A DNA stretch of 64,000 bases from Protoeuglena noctilucae. Its lineage: Eukaryota. Under the pieces are notes generated by a model. The model was not told the DNA's origin. It made no database searches and saw nothing but the letters and a program-made list of their open reading frames with translations. The first letter of the stretch is position 1. Each line of letters opens with the position of its first letter. The DNA lies in the NCBI GenBank assembly GCA_958009085.1, contig OY253669.1, positions 186,001 through 250,000 on the forward strand. Direction: 5' to 3'. Made by a program: the position numbers and the translations under genes. Shown here in pieces: positions 44,311 to 58,822 of this stretch.

Positions 44311-47300
44311 CTAAGCAGCACGAGCTTCCACGCGCACACCCGGCTCCCTCGTCGCCTCCGAGGCGCGCACCCACCCGCCCTCCCCCAGTAGCGCCACCAC
44401 GGCCTTAGCGGCACTCCGGGCACGGTCGGCGATGCGCCGCACCGCTGGGTCCAGGCCCTGGGCCTCGTCGCCCGCGAGCCTGAGCCCCCGTGCGACGTCG
44501 CCGGCGCGCTCGGCCAAGGCGCCCCCGCCGCTCTTGAGCGCCACGGCCACGCGCTCGCCCCCGTGCAGGAGCCACCACAGCGCCTCGAGGGCCACGGCGC
44601 AGCTGGTGAGGTCGCGGGGGCCCAGGCCCACCGCGGAGACGAGGGCATTTAGCGCGGCGGGGCAGGCGACGAAGTGGGCCTTGGCCGCCGGGTGCGCCGC
44701 GAGGGCCCGGAGCATCACCAGCGCCGCCTCGCGCTGAGCCGGGGCGGCGTCGGACGCAGAGAGCTCCGCTGCCAGCGCCACGACGCTCTCCGAACCGCCC
44801 GGCGGGCCGCGTCCGGCGCGCAGGAGCGCAGCGGCGCCCGGGGGCGTCCCCGCGAGGCGCGCCAGGGCCCCGAGCGCTGCCGCGGTGGCAGCGGGGTCGC
44901 GTCGGTGGGCGGGCGCCGATGCCTCGGCCTGGAGGTGCCGGGTCACGTCCGCGACCGCCGCAGAGGTCGTGACCACGAGGACGCCCTCGGTGGAGGAGCA
45001 GAGGGCTTTGACGCAAGCGAGGGCCAGGCACGCGGTCTCTGTTCCGTGCGTCTGCGGTCGCAAGCGCAGGACGCAGTGGGGAGTGGTTCTGCAGGGCGAG
45101 GGCGGCCTTGCTGGCCAGTGCAGCGGCGATGCGAGACAATGACATGTTGACGCAATGCACATGAGGTACACGGCTTGGACCCAAAACACCAGAATCACCT
45201 GGTGTCCTCTTGCCACCACTTGGAGTACGGACGACATGACGCTGCCCTTGGCGATGCGTGCCGCGGTGGGCGCCCCGGACTCCTCCTTGAACCTGGCCGG
45301 GTCTGCAGAGGCGTGTAGAGAACGAGTGTGGTTGTCAAAATGTCAATTAGATGTATGACGATGCGCAACTCTCGCGATGACCCTGTCAGCGACCTGGCCT
45401 GCTCAACGTGACTGGATCAACTCCAAGCAGCTCACGTTCCACATCCAACATAGTCAGTGACACTCACCTATGGCCGTTGTGCTTCGGGAGGCGCACGCAC
45501 ACGCCGCCTGCACGGCCGCCCCGCACTGGGTCCATGCGTTGGCGCAGAGGCCCAGGACTTCGTGGCGGAGGCGCGGGTGCCGCAGGGCGATGCCCCAGAA
45601 GGTCTCCAGGCAGCCAAACACACCCGCGCTGGCCACTGCGGGGGGCGCGGGGAGGATTCTGTTGCATGAAGCTCCGTGGCGCTGACGATGCCACATGTAG
45701 AACAACACAAGGAAGGCGGAGGGCATGAAGCAGTGCCCGACTGCGTGTGACTTTCACGCCTTGACTCCAACAACTGATATCACATACTCGTATGCTCACC
45801 GGCTGTGCGGGCGCGCTGGGACCGCAGGCAAAGGAATCGGAGTACAGAGACGCAGGTGGCCAGCAAGTCGACGCCTGCGGACTCCATATCGGACCCTGCT
45901 GCACCTGGGGGGCATTGAAGGAAACACATGTAAGAGGCAACGGCATGCAGACAGAGTAAGGCGGCAGGAGCATGGTTGATAGAAGGAATGGATGGTCGGA
46001 TGGGCACATGAGATGTCCCCAGCGCTTCTGTCCCCAGTCCTCACCTGCCAGCAGCATGCTTGACACGGTGTCCTGGCACAGGGCCACTGACAGGTGCGGG
46101 AGCCCCGCGTCAGTCGCGGTGTCGGCAGCCGCGTCCCCAGGCGACTGGGCGAAGAGCGCCTGCAGGGCGGCCGCAGCTGAGGTCATCGACTGCACAATCC
46201 CCGCCTGCCCTGGCGACGATGTCGCCGCCCCTGCTTGCATCCCTCGGGGTGGGTCGGCCACCGCCCCAGCGACGTCCGCCGACAGTGCTGCAGCGACAAC
46301 CTCCTTGCCCGCCGCCTCCGCCGTTGCCGCCCGGCCCTCCACGGGCGCGTCGGCCGGCTCGGCTGCCACATCGCGGCGTCGCCCCGTCCCTGTCGCTCCC
46401 GGTGCCTTGCGCCGTGCGGCGCCCCGGCCAGCGGCTGCGGTCCCGACTTTGCCCTCTGCAGCTCTGCTGCTAGCTGGATGTTCTTGAGTGTTGACGACGA
46501 CCCGCGGGGCCGGGGGGCACGTCACGGCGCTGGCCTTGGTCACACGGAGCGCGCCGGAGGTCCTGTGGGAACGACATGCCGACAGGTGCTTAAAGCGACA
46601 CGTTGCAGCGCTTGCTTGAGAAGAATGGCATGCACACGCGTATGTGTAGCTACTACTCAGGGTGTGCGTGAGGAGGTGAGGTGAGCAGGCACCGTCACCT
46701 GCCCGCCAGGCTTCGGCTCAGCTTCGTCGCGGCTAGCAGGAAGACGCGGACGTACGCCAGCGTGAGCGATGCGGTGTTGTCCGCGTCGCACGCGAGGGTC
46801 TCTGCGGCACTCTGGGTCCGGCAGACGAGGCTCACAAAGGAACAGAGCGACTGCGGATGTGAATTCAAGTGGGAGAGATGTCGACTGTGCGCGATGGCAT
46901 GCCAGCAGTACGTGTGACGCGCCCCACCAACCCCACGCACCGATGCTGCGCCCATGAGCGAGTCATCCCGGGCCACCGCGGCCCTTGCGTCTTCCGAGGC
47001 GTGCAGTGCGTCCGCATATGCCTTGAGCAGCAGAGCGACGTTCCTGGCCGCAGTGGGACCCACGCACCCCCTGCGAGTCAGCAGCAAACAAGCGTTGTCA
47101 AAGGCATAACCTCATCCTCATGGTGTGTTGCAGTCATGCCCAAGCGCCTTGCACGGTCACCTGAGCACCGGCACAGTGTCCTGGGGCGCCGCACAAGCAA
47201 GCACCATCCCTGCCGTCGACAGCACCGCCTGCGGGGGCCAGGCACTCCACACGATCGGCACACGGGCCAGAGAGGAGTCAACAAGGGTTGCAGGGATGCA

Positions 47301-50300
47301 GTCACGCAGCCTCACCTGGACGGAGCGACAGCCGCGGGCGGCACGTGCGGCGGCACCCGCCGTGCTCGCACCCTCCGACAGGCACGCTTGCAGGGATCGC
47401 GCCGCCTCCGCCGCCGCCTCGCTGCTTAGGAACGCAGCGGTGGCCTCGATCCACGGCTGCATGCCCCCCGCTGCCGCAGCCTTCCCGCCCTCCACTCCCC
47501 GCGCCGCCCGCTCCACCAACGCCGCCGCCCACGCTGCGGCGTCCATCGCGGCGTCGCACTCTGGCCGGGCCGTGCTGTACTGGGCGGCGCTGGCGACGAC
47601 GGCCGCCATCCCTGCCGCCCAGCGCTGGCCGCCCATGGTACGCCACGCGAGGCCGGGATCGACGGCCACCAGCGCATGGAGCAACCGGAAGAGCTCTCTG
47701 GCTATGACTGGGTGAGGTGCATCGCTCTCTGCCGCCCCGGACACCATGCTCCCGACCGCCGCCCACAGTGCTCCATTGGACCGCACAGCTGTGCACAGCG
47801 CTGCGTACGGCCCCGCCCTGCACCCGACAGCAGCGCCGTGGATGGCTCCTTCACCACCCGGCTCGTCTGCGTTCTTGTGACTCGTCGTTAACACTGCCGT
47901 CTCTGCTGCCGTGTCATCGCCCTCCAAGGCGCCACCACCCCCAGCACTAGCCACGTTTGCCGCGCCCCGCACGTCCTCCGTCATCTCAGTCCCGCGGCCC
48001 AACCCCTCGTCTTCCCCACTGCCCTCGACGGCCGCCGCTGCGCCCTCGACAATGGCCGCGAGCACCGCCAGGGCCCCCGCTCGCACAGCAGGTGCCTCCT
48101 CGGTGTCCGCAGCCACCCGGGCAGCTGCCGTCGCGACCTCGGGCCAGGCCGCCAGGATCGCGCCGGCGCAGTCCCATCGCAGGGGTTCCCTGGACCGCGG
48201 CTGGGGCGACACGGTGGACAGCGACGCAGCGGGGCGCTTGGCATGGAGGCGGTAAGGGCTCGAGTCCAGGGCAAGTAGCATCGCCAGCGCGAAGAGCGCG
48301 TCGGACCGCACCGCGGCGTCTGCGTCGCGCGTCATGCAGGCCAGCCAGAACGAGCTGCCACCCCGGGACCACGCACGCGAGAGGTCGCCCCGGCCCACGA
48401 CACCCGCGCACGCCTGCAGCAGCGCGAGGCCCTGCCCGCGCAGCGCCCGGCAGGTCGACAGGGTGTGCGTGAGGGGGTGCCCGGCCTCCCCGGCACCCGC
48501 CCGGACCATTGCTCGGCGGCGAAGCACGGAGGCCTCGTCGCCGAATGCCACGGCCAGCTGACGCAGTCGGGACTCGTCGGGACCTTCCAGCCGCTCCATC
48601 GACGCCGCCTCGATCACTGCGGGCGCGGGGCACTTGCGGCAGGTCTGCACACCGCCGTGGGGCAAAGCACGGCAGGCAATGTGACCGTCAACACTCATGC
48701 ACCTCACAAACGGCATCTGACACGGAGGCGAAGATAAGGATGAAACAAAGAGTCCATGCGTGCCAAGACATGCATCTCCTTCACCTGGCATCAAGGACCT
48801 GGCAAGCGTGTCCACGAGGGTCGTCTCTGAGGGTCCACCACCTGCGATCACAGATGACTGGAGCCAACATTTACAGGAGACGTCACGATGACATGTATGG
48901 CTGCCACCGGACCATCATTGCCAAGCCCTCATCGGTGCTTAGCACTAAGGTATGCACGCACCTCGGATGCTCCCCGCCAGCTCCGCGAGGTGCACCAGGC
49001 ACCCCAGGGCCATCACCCGCAGCGCCGGAGGTGCCGCGCGGTCCCGGACGAACCCCTCCACCAGGCTCCCCACGGCACGGCCCTCGGAGCACGTTGCGGC
49101 CACCTGACGCCGACAGACCCTGGACCCCCGCGCCGCTGTCGCTCTCAGCAGGGCGCTCAGGGTGGTCAAACCCTGGCTGAGGAGGTCCACGCGAGCGAGC
49201 ACGGCCTCCTCCCGCTGGTGCTCCCCGGTGGCACCTCCCCCGCCCTGCGGTGAGGGGAGATGAGGGCGAACGGTAAAGGCACGCATGGCATTGTGTGCAA
49301 TCAAGGCATGATGACCCGATTCGGCATGTATGCATGGCAGCGTAGCCTCATAAATCACACACTGCTGGGGCAACGAGTGAACTCGCTGACATCCTCGCGA
49401 GCCTAGCCCCATGCAAGATGGAGCAGCGATTGGGCCGCGTGACCTGTGAGCCGTAACAGCTGCCCCGCTCACCTGCAGCGAGGCCACGTGGTACCTGACG
49501 AGAGCCAAGGGTACGCGAGGGAGGGTGGGGCAGCCGGCCTCCAAGACTGGGAAGAGGCACTTGCGCTGCGGGTGCGGGGGCGAGACAAGCACGTAGCGTC
49601 AGTGGGGGAGGAGCGATGGGGTCAGACGAAGCGAGAATGGCTGGGATTCTCAGCCAACAGTGTCTCGCCATTGTGAGTCGACAATGGCAGCCGGGGCGTT
49701 CCCTCACCAGGGAGAGGGAGGCGAGGACGAAATCGGAGGACACTATGGCGGGGTTGGCGACAATCACGGCGAGGATGGCCAGCACCTGCGGCGGAGACTG
49801 ACTCAAGCACTGCTTCTCCTTCTCCCTGCCAATTCTGTCGCAATGCAGGCGCCTTGGCCAGCCGAGCTGGGGAGCGCCGGTCAGGCTTAGCCTGACCGGG
49901 TCGTGACATCAGGCAGCACACTCGGCCGATATCATGACAGAGACAACAGGCCCTTGTCTACCATCCGTCACCTTGGCGCAGAGTTGGTGGTCGCTGACGG
50001 ACTGGGGAGGGACGTCGAGGTATCGCCGAAGAGGCTCGCCCCACGCGCTGGCGGCCAGGGCATCTGCCGCGCCCGCGTCAGCCCCGCACGAGTCGAGCAG
50101 AGCGTCCGCCGCCGCGCAGGCCTCCCGCGAAGTGCTGGCGCGGGAGAGATCCGAGAGCAGCGCCGCGATGCGCCGGCCCCAGAGGCCCCCTGACGCAGCA
50201 GCAGGGATGGCATGGCCCGCCTCCGCCAGTCGCCAGAGCCCGTCCCCGTAAGCCTTACAGACGCTGCGCATCTCTGCCGCAAGCTCCGGCTGCCGGGTGG

Positions 50301-53300
50301 TAGCACCACCCGGGGCGGCGCTCTGCTTGGCAGCCGGACTGGCAGCCTGACCGTCCACCTTCCCCGCGCTGCCTCTCCGCTGGTCCTCCTCGCCTCGCCC
50401 CGGCTGCGTTTCGGGCCTCTCGGGGACCCGCACCGTCGGGAACGGGACGTGGAAGCCCTCGCAGGCCAGCTGAGTGACGGCGACGTGTGCCGGCGGCGCC
50501 TGGTGGGCGGTGTCAGAATCGACGTGGCATGCGTCCTGGTGGAAAGCCACGGCGGAGAGGACGAGGAGAGCGGTGGCGGAGAGGGCCTGGGACGGCGACA
50601 GGGCCACGGGGGCGAGGGGAAGGAGGGATTGGTCGGTGCATTGCGCCAGGGCGGTGCGCACTTGGGCTGATGCCAGGACGCAGGCGGCCAGCAGGGCCAG
50701 CGAGGCGCGGAGGAGGCGGGCTTCCGGGGCAGTCGGGGACCCCGCGGACGCGGCGGTGGCGTGGGCGACCTGCAGCGCCGCTTTGACCACGTCCGACGAC
50801 GCGGCGACCGAGGACCGGGACGGCTGCGGGCGCCAAGCATGGTACAGTGGGATGACTGGTGGACAATCCGCTTTTCAGCAAGACACATGCAGATATTGGC
50901 AGGCGCGAAATGGTGGCAGGCCGTATGCTTGGGCACATGCCAGGCATCACCTGGCTTGCGATGGAGGTGAGCTGGTCTGCTGCGGATCGACGGACCTCCG
51001 GGTCTTGAGATGGGCTCCGGAACACTGCGAGAGCGCAGGTGAGGGTGAACTTGCTGTTGAAATTTCAGGATTGATGGATGCGGCGGATGGGCAGAGGGCG
51101 TGACGGTGGGCATGCGTACCCTGCAGCAGCCATGCACTCACGGGCGAGGAGGCGAGCCACGTCTTCGTTCGTCAAAGCACGTGCCAGTGCGGCCGAGTCG
51201 AGCCCGCTTCGCGCAGTGATGCTGGTCGCGGCGGCTTTGCAGGAGCCGTCAGCAGGCGTGGCGAGGGAGGCGAGGGACTGGAGTGCAGCCGGGGTGGGGC
51301 GAATGCCGAGAGTTGCAGCGAGGGAGGACGCGGCGTCGAGACGAGCGCGGTCCGATCTCGACATAAGACGACGCACTGCGGCTGCCACAGCAGACCACCT
51401 GCGCGGTCAACAACACGCAGAAAGGTGCGGGTGAGTGGCACAGCAAAGGTGTCAGCTGCGCAACACGCCACACCCAATGCGTCTCTTTTATTGCACCTGG
51501 CGTTTGGCGCGACAGCAGCCCCAGCGCCGTCCCTCGAGAGGACGTGGAGCGCTGTGCGGGCGAACCCCGCGCACTCTTTGTCGCATAAAAGGGCCTCGAG
51601 GCTGGGGCTCCAGCGGTGCAGGCCGCGGAGGGCCGCCGTGGCCAGTCCCGGTGCGAGGGCCGGAGAGGTGGATCCTGCGCCGAGAGTGGGCCACCAGGTC
51701 ACACACGCTAGCTTTCATGCAGGTGTCGAGTTAGCCTGGCCTCGCATCGCTGTGCTCACCATGAGGTCTCTTGCGGCGAGCTCGCGTCTCCCAGGACAGG
51801 TGCGTCGCCAGGACAGACACGAATCGCGACGTCTGGGCTCGCATGGCCGGGCGGGCCAGGCTGTCGCACATGAGCAGGCGAGGCAGGCCACTGGCCATGC
51901 ATGCGAGGGTCAGCGCCCCCACGCGCATCGCAGGCGACACTGGAGTCAAACAGAAAAGTAACGGTTGCTCACGGAAGCTGCAGCGTGTCTCGGCTTTGCC
52001 TGCGATTACAGAGGCGGGAGACCACCCCACGCAGGCGCGCGCTATGAGCGAGCCCCTGTGTTACCCGACGAGGTGCAAACGAGATTCGTTCCTCAGTCCA
52101 CGGCAAACCAGCAGCGCTCACCGGCTGCCCTGGCTATGGTGTCCAGCGCTCCCTGCATGCGTCCCCCCTCGCCGCGCCCATCCTCCCACTGCGGTCGGCT
52201 GCCGGACACGCACAGGCGCTCCAAGTGACGTAGCACAGCCTCACGAACCTCGCCACACTCCGCCGTGAGAGCGCGGAGGAGCACGGACTCCGCTTGTCCC
52301 CACAACGCTGAGGGCGGTACCGTTGCGGTGCCGCTGTCACTTGCGGCGGGCTGCCCCGACGCAGTCGCCCCGGCCCCGCTGTCCGGCGCATCCCCGGCGC
52401 TTTCCCTGTTCGCCTCGGCTGCGCCTGGGTTCCCGCCGATCGCTGCAGCTGCAATGCTAGCCACTGCCAACGCGTCGACGAGCGTGACTGCCACGGCTGG
52501 CAGGCGCGGGTGCGACGGCAGGACTGGGAGCAACTCCTGCATAAGGAAATAAGCATGGCGATTGAATCAAGCATCGCCTGAGCCAGGTAAGAAGGCCGGA
52601 GAAGCTGCGGCGCTTGGCAGAGCAGTCTGCGTGCCGATGTGAGGAGTGCAGGTCCGAACAGGTCAACCCACCTCGCATCGGCGCAGAAGGTGCATGGCTG
52701 TGGCCAGGGGCGGGTTGTTTCCCCTGCCGATGGCGGCTGCTGCCATGAGCACCCCTCGCTCCAAGGACTGCCATGTCTCGCGCGACTGCAGCGCCCGATG
52801 CGCCATCGCCACCGCCCGGTGCGCCTCCGGGTCGAGCGCCGCCACAACCGCGTCCAGTCTCGCCACCAGGTGCGGGGCAGCGAGCGGCAGCCTCGGGTCC
52901 TGCGCGCACAACGCATGCCATGCCATGTGCTCCTTTTAACATTGCCCACAGGCCATAGCAGGTGCAAGTGGGGTCATCGAGCCTGGGCTAGCTCCCTCAC
53001 CGTGTACGCCTGCACCAGGCCGCGCGCTGCGTCTGCGGGGACGACGGCCGCCAGCGCAGGGCTGGGCACGCACGCAGCGACGTCGACAAGCAGCGAGATG
53101 GCACAGATGCGCGCAGAGCTCCATGCCAGATCCGCCCCATCGCCGTCCTGCACAGGATGAAGAAACAGAGAGTCGCGAAATGTGCCTTAACTATGAAGTG
53201 CATCCTGCACTTCACCTGTCGCCGCCATGAGCACTGCTAACCAATGTGCCAGCCTTGCCTGCTGCGCCCTCTCCAACTCGGCTAACGATCGCGCGGCGCC

Positions 53301-54780
53301 CCAGAGAGCGCCCAGGTGCACCCCGAACATCCCGCACTGGGCGGCGGTGATGCCCTCCCCAGGGGGGCGCAGGAGCGGCAACTGCGCACGCACGCACGCC
53401 GCAGCGGCGCCCATCCTAGCGCGGTTGGCCAGCAGCGGCGCGGCTGCGGCCGCCACGGCGTGAGCGTGGGCCGAAAGGCTGACGGAAGCCGTCAAGTGCC
53501 CTGCGCCCTTTCCTCCTTGTCCACCTGGGGCGCTTGAGACACCGTCGCTGTCTGCGTTCTGGGTGAGCGGGCCGGACCAACCCCCGCCGTCGCGGCCCGG
53601 GCCCGGACGTGGGGGCGCCAGGGCTGGGTCGCTCGCTGCCCTCAGAGCCTCCCACAGCCCCACTCCGAGGATCTCCAAAAAGCGTAGGGATGCCGTGGCG
53701 ACCGGCCCCGCGTCCTCCGGCGCAGAAAGGGCGGCGAGGGCGGAGGCGTGAAGCGCTTCTTCGGCCACAACGGGGGTCGGGGGCATACCTGCACGGAGCG
53801 CCTGTGCCTGCGGACCATGGGCCGGGACGGGGCGCGTCGACGCTTGCGTGAGGGATGTGCAGGGTAGCTGAGGGCTACTCCACGGCGCCTTCGTAGCCAG
53901 AAAGCGCGATAGTCCTGTTGTGAGCACTGGGGCCGCTCACCATGGCCTCGAACGCCAGGCACACGGAGGCAGGGTCTTGGCGCTGCTGGGCCTTGACCGA
54001 GCAGTCCAGGAGCTCCTGGTGCTCCGCAGTCGAGAGCTGAGCCACCGGCAGGACCCAACCGCCCAAGTCGAGGGGCTGGGGGGTCAGGGAGGACGCGAGG
54101 GGCCTGTAGGGAAGGCTGACCTGGCCACCCGGGAGGTGCAGGACACGTGACTTGTCGGGCCACGTTTCCTTCCCCGGAGTGCATTCAGAGTCGTCCATGT
54201 CGCCGAGCTCGGCCATCTGGGCAACGGCGGCCTCTTTGGCCCGCGCGGCGGCCCGGCGGACCTCAGGAGCATCCGACAGCTGCAGATTGCCCAGCAGCGA
54301 CAGGATGTCGGCCCTGACTACCGCATCCAGCGTCACTGCAAGGAGGAAGACATGACATGAGTGCAGCGATGACATTTGAACGCCCCTCGTTCCACGTTCG
54401 GCGCGGGCGGCTGTTCGACTGCTTTAGCGCACCTGGGTCGCGCGCCAGGCAGCACACGCATCCGAGGGCCTCGACGCAGACGTGAGGAGGGCCTTGAAGT
54501 AAGCTCTTCAGCGTGCCGATGACGTCCCGGGGCGCCGACTGGTACAGCGCTCGCGGCGAGAGCGTTTTGATTTCAAGCTGCGGGATGTGGCCGATGTTCG
54601 GAACTCGTTCGCCCGCCATGGCCTCGCAGCTATCCATCAGCTTTCCTTTCCATGCTTGCGGCTGGAACCCAGCTGGAGCCCCACCTTCGACCGCAGAATG
54701 CGGAGGGCGCGCAGACGAACATCCTCGAGCGGGTGGCCCAGCCTCGCGACCAGCTCGGCGGGGTCTTGTCGGACTGTCAT
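44311..54780 (-). CDS. RTTN: Rotatin (centriole/basal-body ARM/HEAT-repeat protein), many exons
   Basis: The N-terminus ELVARLGHPLEDVRLRALRILRSK matches the RTTN_N pattern. About 10 kb of Ala/Leu-rich helical-repeat exons follow. C-terminal ALEALWWLLHGGERVAVALK. Confidence 0.72.
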
Positions 54781-55002
54781 GGCCACCGACGCCCTTGGTT
54801 CATGCCACAGCGTAATCTGAAGCAAAGGACACGGCCCCAGCCCTTTGCGTCGAGGCGGAGTGCATCAGGCTCTCTCTTCGTATTGAATTATGCGACCGCT
54901 GGCTTGAGCTAGGAGGACGGCCCCCTACTTGGATACAAGAATGACGCGCTAGCATGACGGCCGCCTGCCTGTGCCATCCCTGCAACTGGCATAGGGCAAT
55001 AT

Positions 55003-56732
55003 CTAAAGGGAGTCGAAAACGCGCTTAATGATCGAGACGCACTCGGCCAGCTGCTCCTCCGTGATGACCAGCGGGGGCGCGAGGCGGATGATGTTGCCGT
55101 GCGTGGGCTTGGCCAGCAGGCCCGCGTCCTTGAGCCGCATGCAGACGTCCCACGCCGACACGCCGTCGCTCTCGTCGATGACGATGGCATTGAGCAGGCC
55201 CTTCCCCCGCACCAACTTGATCTTCGGATGCAGTCCACTGCGAAAAACGAAGCAATGCAGAGCCGGTGTCGGGGGCGATTCGTTCCCGGCCCATGCCTCT
55301 TGACCCGCACTGCACCGCATCGCACCTCAGCTGCCCCCGCAGGATCTCCCCCAGCCGCATGGCGTTCTCTGCAAGCCGCTCCTCCACCAGCACGTCGAGC
55401 GCCGCCATCGCCACGCGGCACCCCAGGGGGTTACCCCCGTACGTGGACCCGTGCTGCCCCGGCTTGATGTTCAGCATGATGTGGTCGTCGGCGAGCGCCG
55501 CCGACACCGGGTACACCCCACCGGACAGGGCTTTACCCAGGACCAGGATGTCCGGGCGCACCCCGTCGTGGTCTACGCAGAGCATGCGCCCCGTCCGCCC
55601 GAGCCCCGTCTGCACCTCATCGGCAATCTGCGGTGGCAAGCGACACGACCGCGGTACCGTCTCTCGTCGTCCCAGCACGGCCACGAATGCTGCAAACTCC
55701 CGGAGAGTCACCATCAGGACGTTGTAGTCGTCGCACAGCTTCCGCACGCCTTGGAGATACCCCTTAGAGGGGACTACCACGCCCGCCTCGCCCTGAATTG
55801 GCTCGACCATGAAAGCCGCCGTATCCGGGTCCCTGATGGCCCTCTCCAGCGCCCCCAGGTCGTCGTAGGGGATGCACTCGAAACCGGGCACGAATGGGCC
55901 ATAACCCCCGAATGATTCCGGGTCCGTGGAGCTCGACACGGCTGCGATAGACCGGCCCCAGAAGTTGTTGGCCGCGAAGACGACCTTGGCACGGTTGCGG
56001 GCCACGCCCTTGCAGTCGTATGCCCACCGCCGCGCCAGCTTGATCGCCGTGTCGCCCGCCTCGACGCCCGAGTTCATCGCCAGCACCTTGTCGTAGCCGA
56101 AAAGCTGCAGGGAGGGATGGGAGGGGTGAATGCTGTTTCCATGGAGTCACAGTGCTGCAAAGGCCCTCACGGATTGAGCGTACCTTCGTGACCTTGTGCT
56201 CAAACTCGCCCAAGACGTTATTGTAGAAGGCCCGGCTCGTCAGCGTCAGCTTGCGCGCCTGCTCTTCGAGCGCGCCCACGATCCGGGGATGGCAGTGGCC
56301 CTGGTTCACGGCGCTGCGTGCGCGCGAGAGGGTCGGTAGTTAGGCTGGGCAAGGCACGTCAACGCCGCGAGGATCCGATACGCATGCGAGACCCGCTCTC
56401 GAGTGTCACCTGTACGCTGCCAGGAAGTCGTAGTATCTCTTGCCGTCCACATCGTAGAGGAACGCGCCGTCCCCGCGCTCGAGCACCACGGGGAGCGGCG
56501 CGTAGTTGTGCGCGCCGTGCTGGAGCTCCCGCTCGATGTACTGCAGCCAGGACTCGAAATCGTGCCCATTTGCGAGAGCTGTGGCTGTTGCTGGGGCCCA
56601 GGGATGCGCACGTGGCATGCTGACCTGGACCTGCCGCGCCGATGTTCCGGGAGGGACGTCCAACGTGCCGAATAATCGCTTCGCAATGTCGAGATGAGCC
56701 AGGCCGCCCCTCGCCCTCGCCCGGGCCAGCAT
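55003..56732 (-). CDS. OAT: Ornithine aminotransferase (mitochondrial delta-OAT)
   Basis: [76 protein letters not shown] (PLP lysine) and [10 protein letters not shown]. Confidence 0.97.
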
Positions 56733-57032
56733 TTCGGCTTCGGCTAGGGCTGGCTTGGTTGCTCAATGAGCGATAGCGAATGCAGATGTAATAGGACGCA
56801 TGTGCGGTGACGATGGCCCGTTTCGTGGCCCTCGCGGGCGCCCGGGCATTGAGCTCTGACACACCCGGTCAGCCCGCCGGTTTGCAGCGTCCGGCCGGCC
56901 CCCCGGCCTGAGCTCGCGACAGCTAGGATACGTGGACTTAACGCATACCCGGAGCACGTCCTGAGCTTTTGCCTGTGTCCAGCGGCGCTTTTGCCCGCTC
57001 GCGCGGGGGAGAGCGACGTGTCTTGGGGGAAC

Positions 57033-58822
57033 ATGCAGCTGGCAGATGTCGTGGAGTATTTCTTGGGGCCCGTCCGGAGTCCGGGGCTCCCCGACCCGTA
57101 CGTGGACCCCCGGACGCGAGACTGGGCCGTGGTGAACCCCGTGTTCGGCTTTGGGATGACATTTGCATGTGAGTCGCTTGTTACGGTTACGAGATGCGCG
57201 GGGGAGTCGGGAGCGGCTCGCATTCCGCCCCAGGCGCGCGCATCCGAGGCGCACTTGAGCGGCGCATTCGCAAGAATGGCTGCGCGGGGCGGCCGCGGAA
57301 ATACCCAGCCACGATCGGCGCTCCCGCTTTATGTGTCGCCATGACGCGCTCTGCCGACCCCCGCGCGCTCCCTGGGCGCGCCCACGGCCCGCGGGGGCTC
57401 CGCTTGCGGCCTTATTCAAGCGCGCGGGCCGCGGGCGGCGCCGGGGCTCTCCCGCCGCTGCCGATCCCTCCGTCGTCCTGACATCGCGCCGCAGATATTT
57501 TCGGAGTTCCCCTGGGCATATACCTCATGAAGGACCGGCCCGCCATCAACGTGCGCGGCTTCGCCAACGCCCACAACCTCTTCCTGGGTGAGAGTCGGGG
57601 GCCGCGCCGCGCGCTGCCTGCGCCTTGACCATCTGTCGCTCGGCGGCTGGCCCCGCGGTGAGGCTCCGCCCTGCACTCGCCGCCCGCAGTGGTGCTGTCG
57701 GCCTACATGTGTTGGGAGACGCTGTACTGGGCCAACATCGACTTCGGGTGGAGCAGAACGGGCTTCTTACGGAACTTCAAGCTGTACGGGGAGTCGGTGG
57801 ACCCGCTGGTCCCTCACGTGGGCGGACGCTTCCCCGAACACTTCAGGCATGTGCTGCACCCCTCCCGGCGCCCTCAACGACCCCGCATCCTCGCTCGCGC
57901 AAGTCGACTACCCGCCGCCCGTTCTTGGCTCGCCCGCAGCGAGGCCGGCTTCCGCCTGGCGTGCGTGCTCAACATCCACACGCTGTCCAAGGTGTACGAG
58001 TACCTTGACACGGTCATCATGATCATGCACAAGAAGTTCAACCAGATCACCGTCCTGCACTACTACCACCACTGGGTCACCTTCTTCCTCTGGTGGCTCC
58101 AGATGCGGTACGCGCCAGGGGGCGACGCCCACTGGCCCTCCTCCATCAACTCCCTCGTCCACGTCATCATGTACTCGTACTACTTTTTGACGTCCCTCGG
58201 CATTCGCCCGCCCTTCAAGCAGATTATCACCGTCGGGCAGATCGTCCAGGTGCGCCTGGCAGCCGGCGGTGGAGACGGGCGCGACGGGCGCGACGCACGC
58301 CCCTGATTGACCCATCCAGCTCACCTCCGGCTTGTCCTGTGGTCATCACCTGCTTTTGTCATCTTGTCGCGAGGCATCACATGTTGCAACTCTCCCCCGG
58401 TCCGCCGCAGTTCTGCTTCCTGATCATGCAGGGCGTGATGCTCATCATCAGCCACGTGCGGCCACGCATCGTCTTCTACACCATCGTCGTGCACGCCACG
58501 GTGCTGCTCGTGCTGGTGACCGTGGCTGCCCTTGCAACTTGCGCAATGCTAAGGACTTTGCTCTCCAAATCCCACGCCCTCACTGTGCCACCTCCCTGCC
58601 CTCGTCTGGTACCAATGCCAACGTCCTAATTCCATACGCCCCGTGAACGCGTGCCACTGCGTCAATCCACCACTGCATGGCCACTGTTCGCAGTTCCTGG
58701 ACTTCTACATCCGGGCGTACATCAAGGGCGCCAGGAAAGCCAAGGAGGGCAGGGCGGCCAACGGCCGGCAGCCTGCGGGGCCCACGGGGGAGCCGGCCAA
58801 GGAGGCCAAGAAGACCAAGTGA
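57033..58822 (+). CDS. ELO/GNS1-SUR4 fatty-acid elongase, PUFA-elongase type
   Basis: HNLFLVVLSAYM, SKVYEYLDT, QITVLHYYHH, NSLVHVIMYSYY, TVGQIVQF, LFLDFY, and a C-terminal KKTK ER-retrieval signal. Confidence 0.92.
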
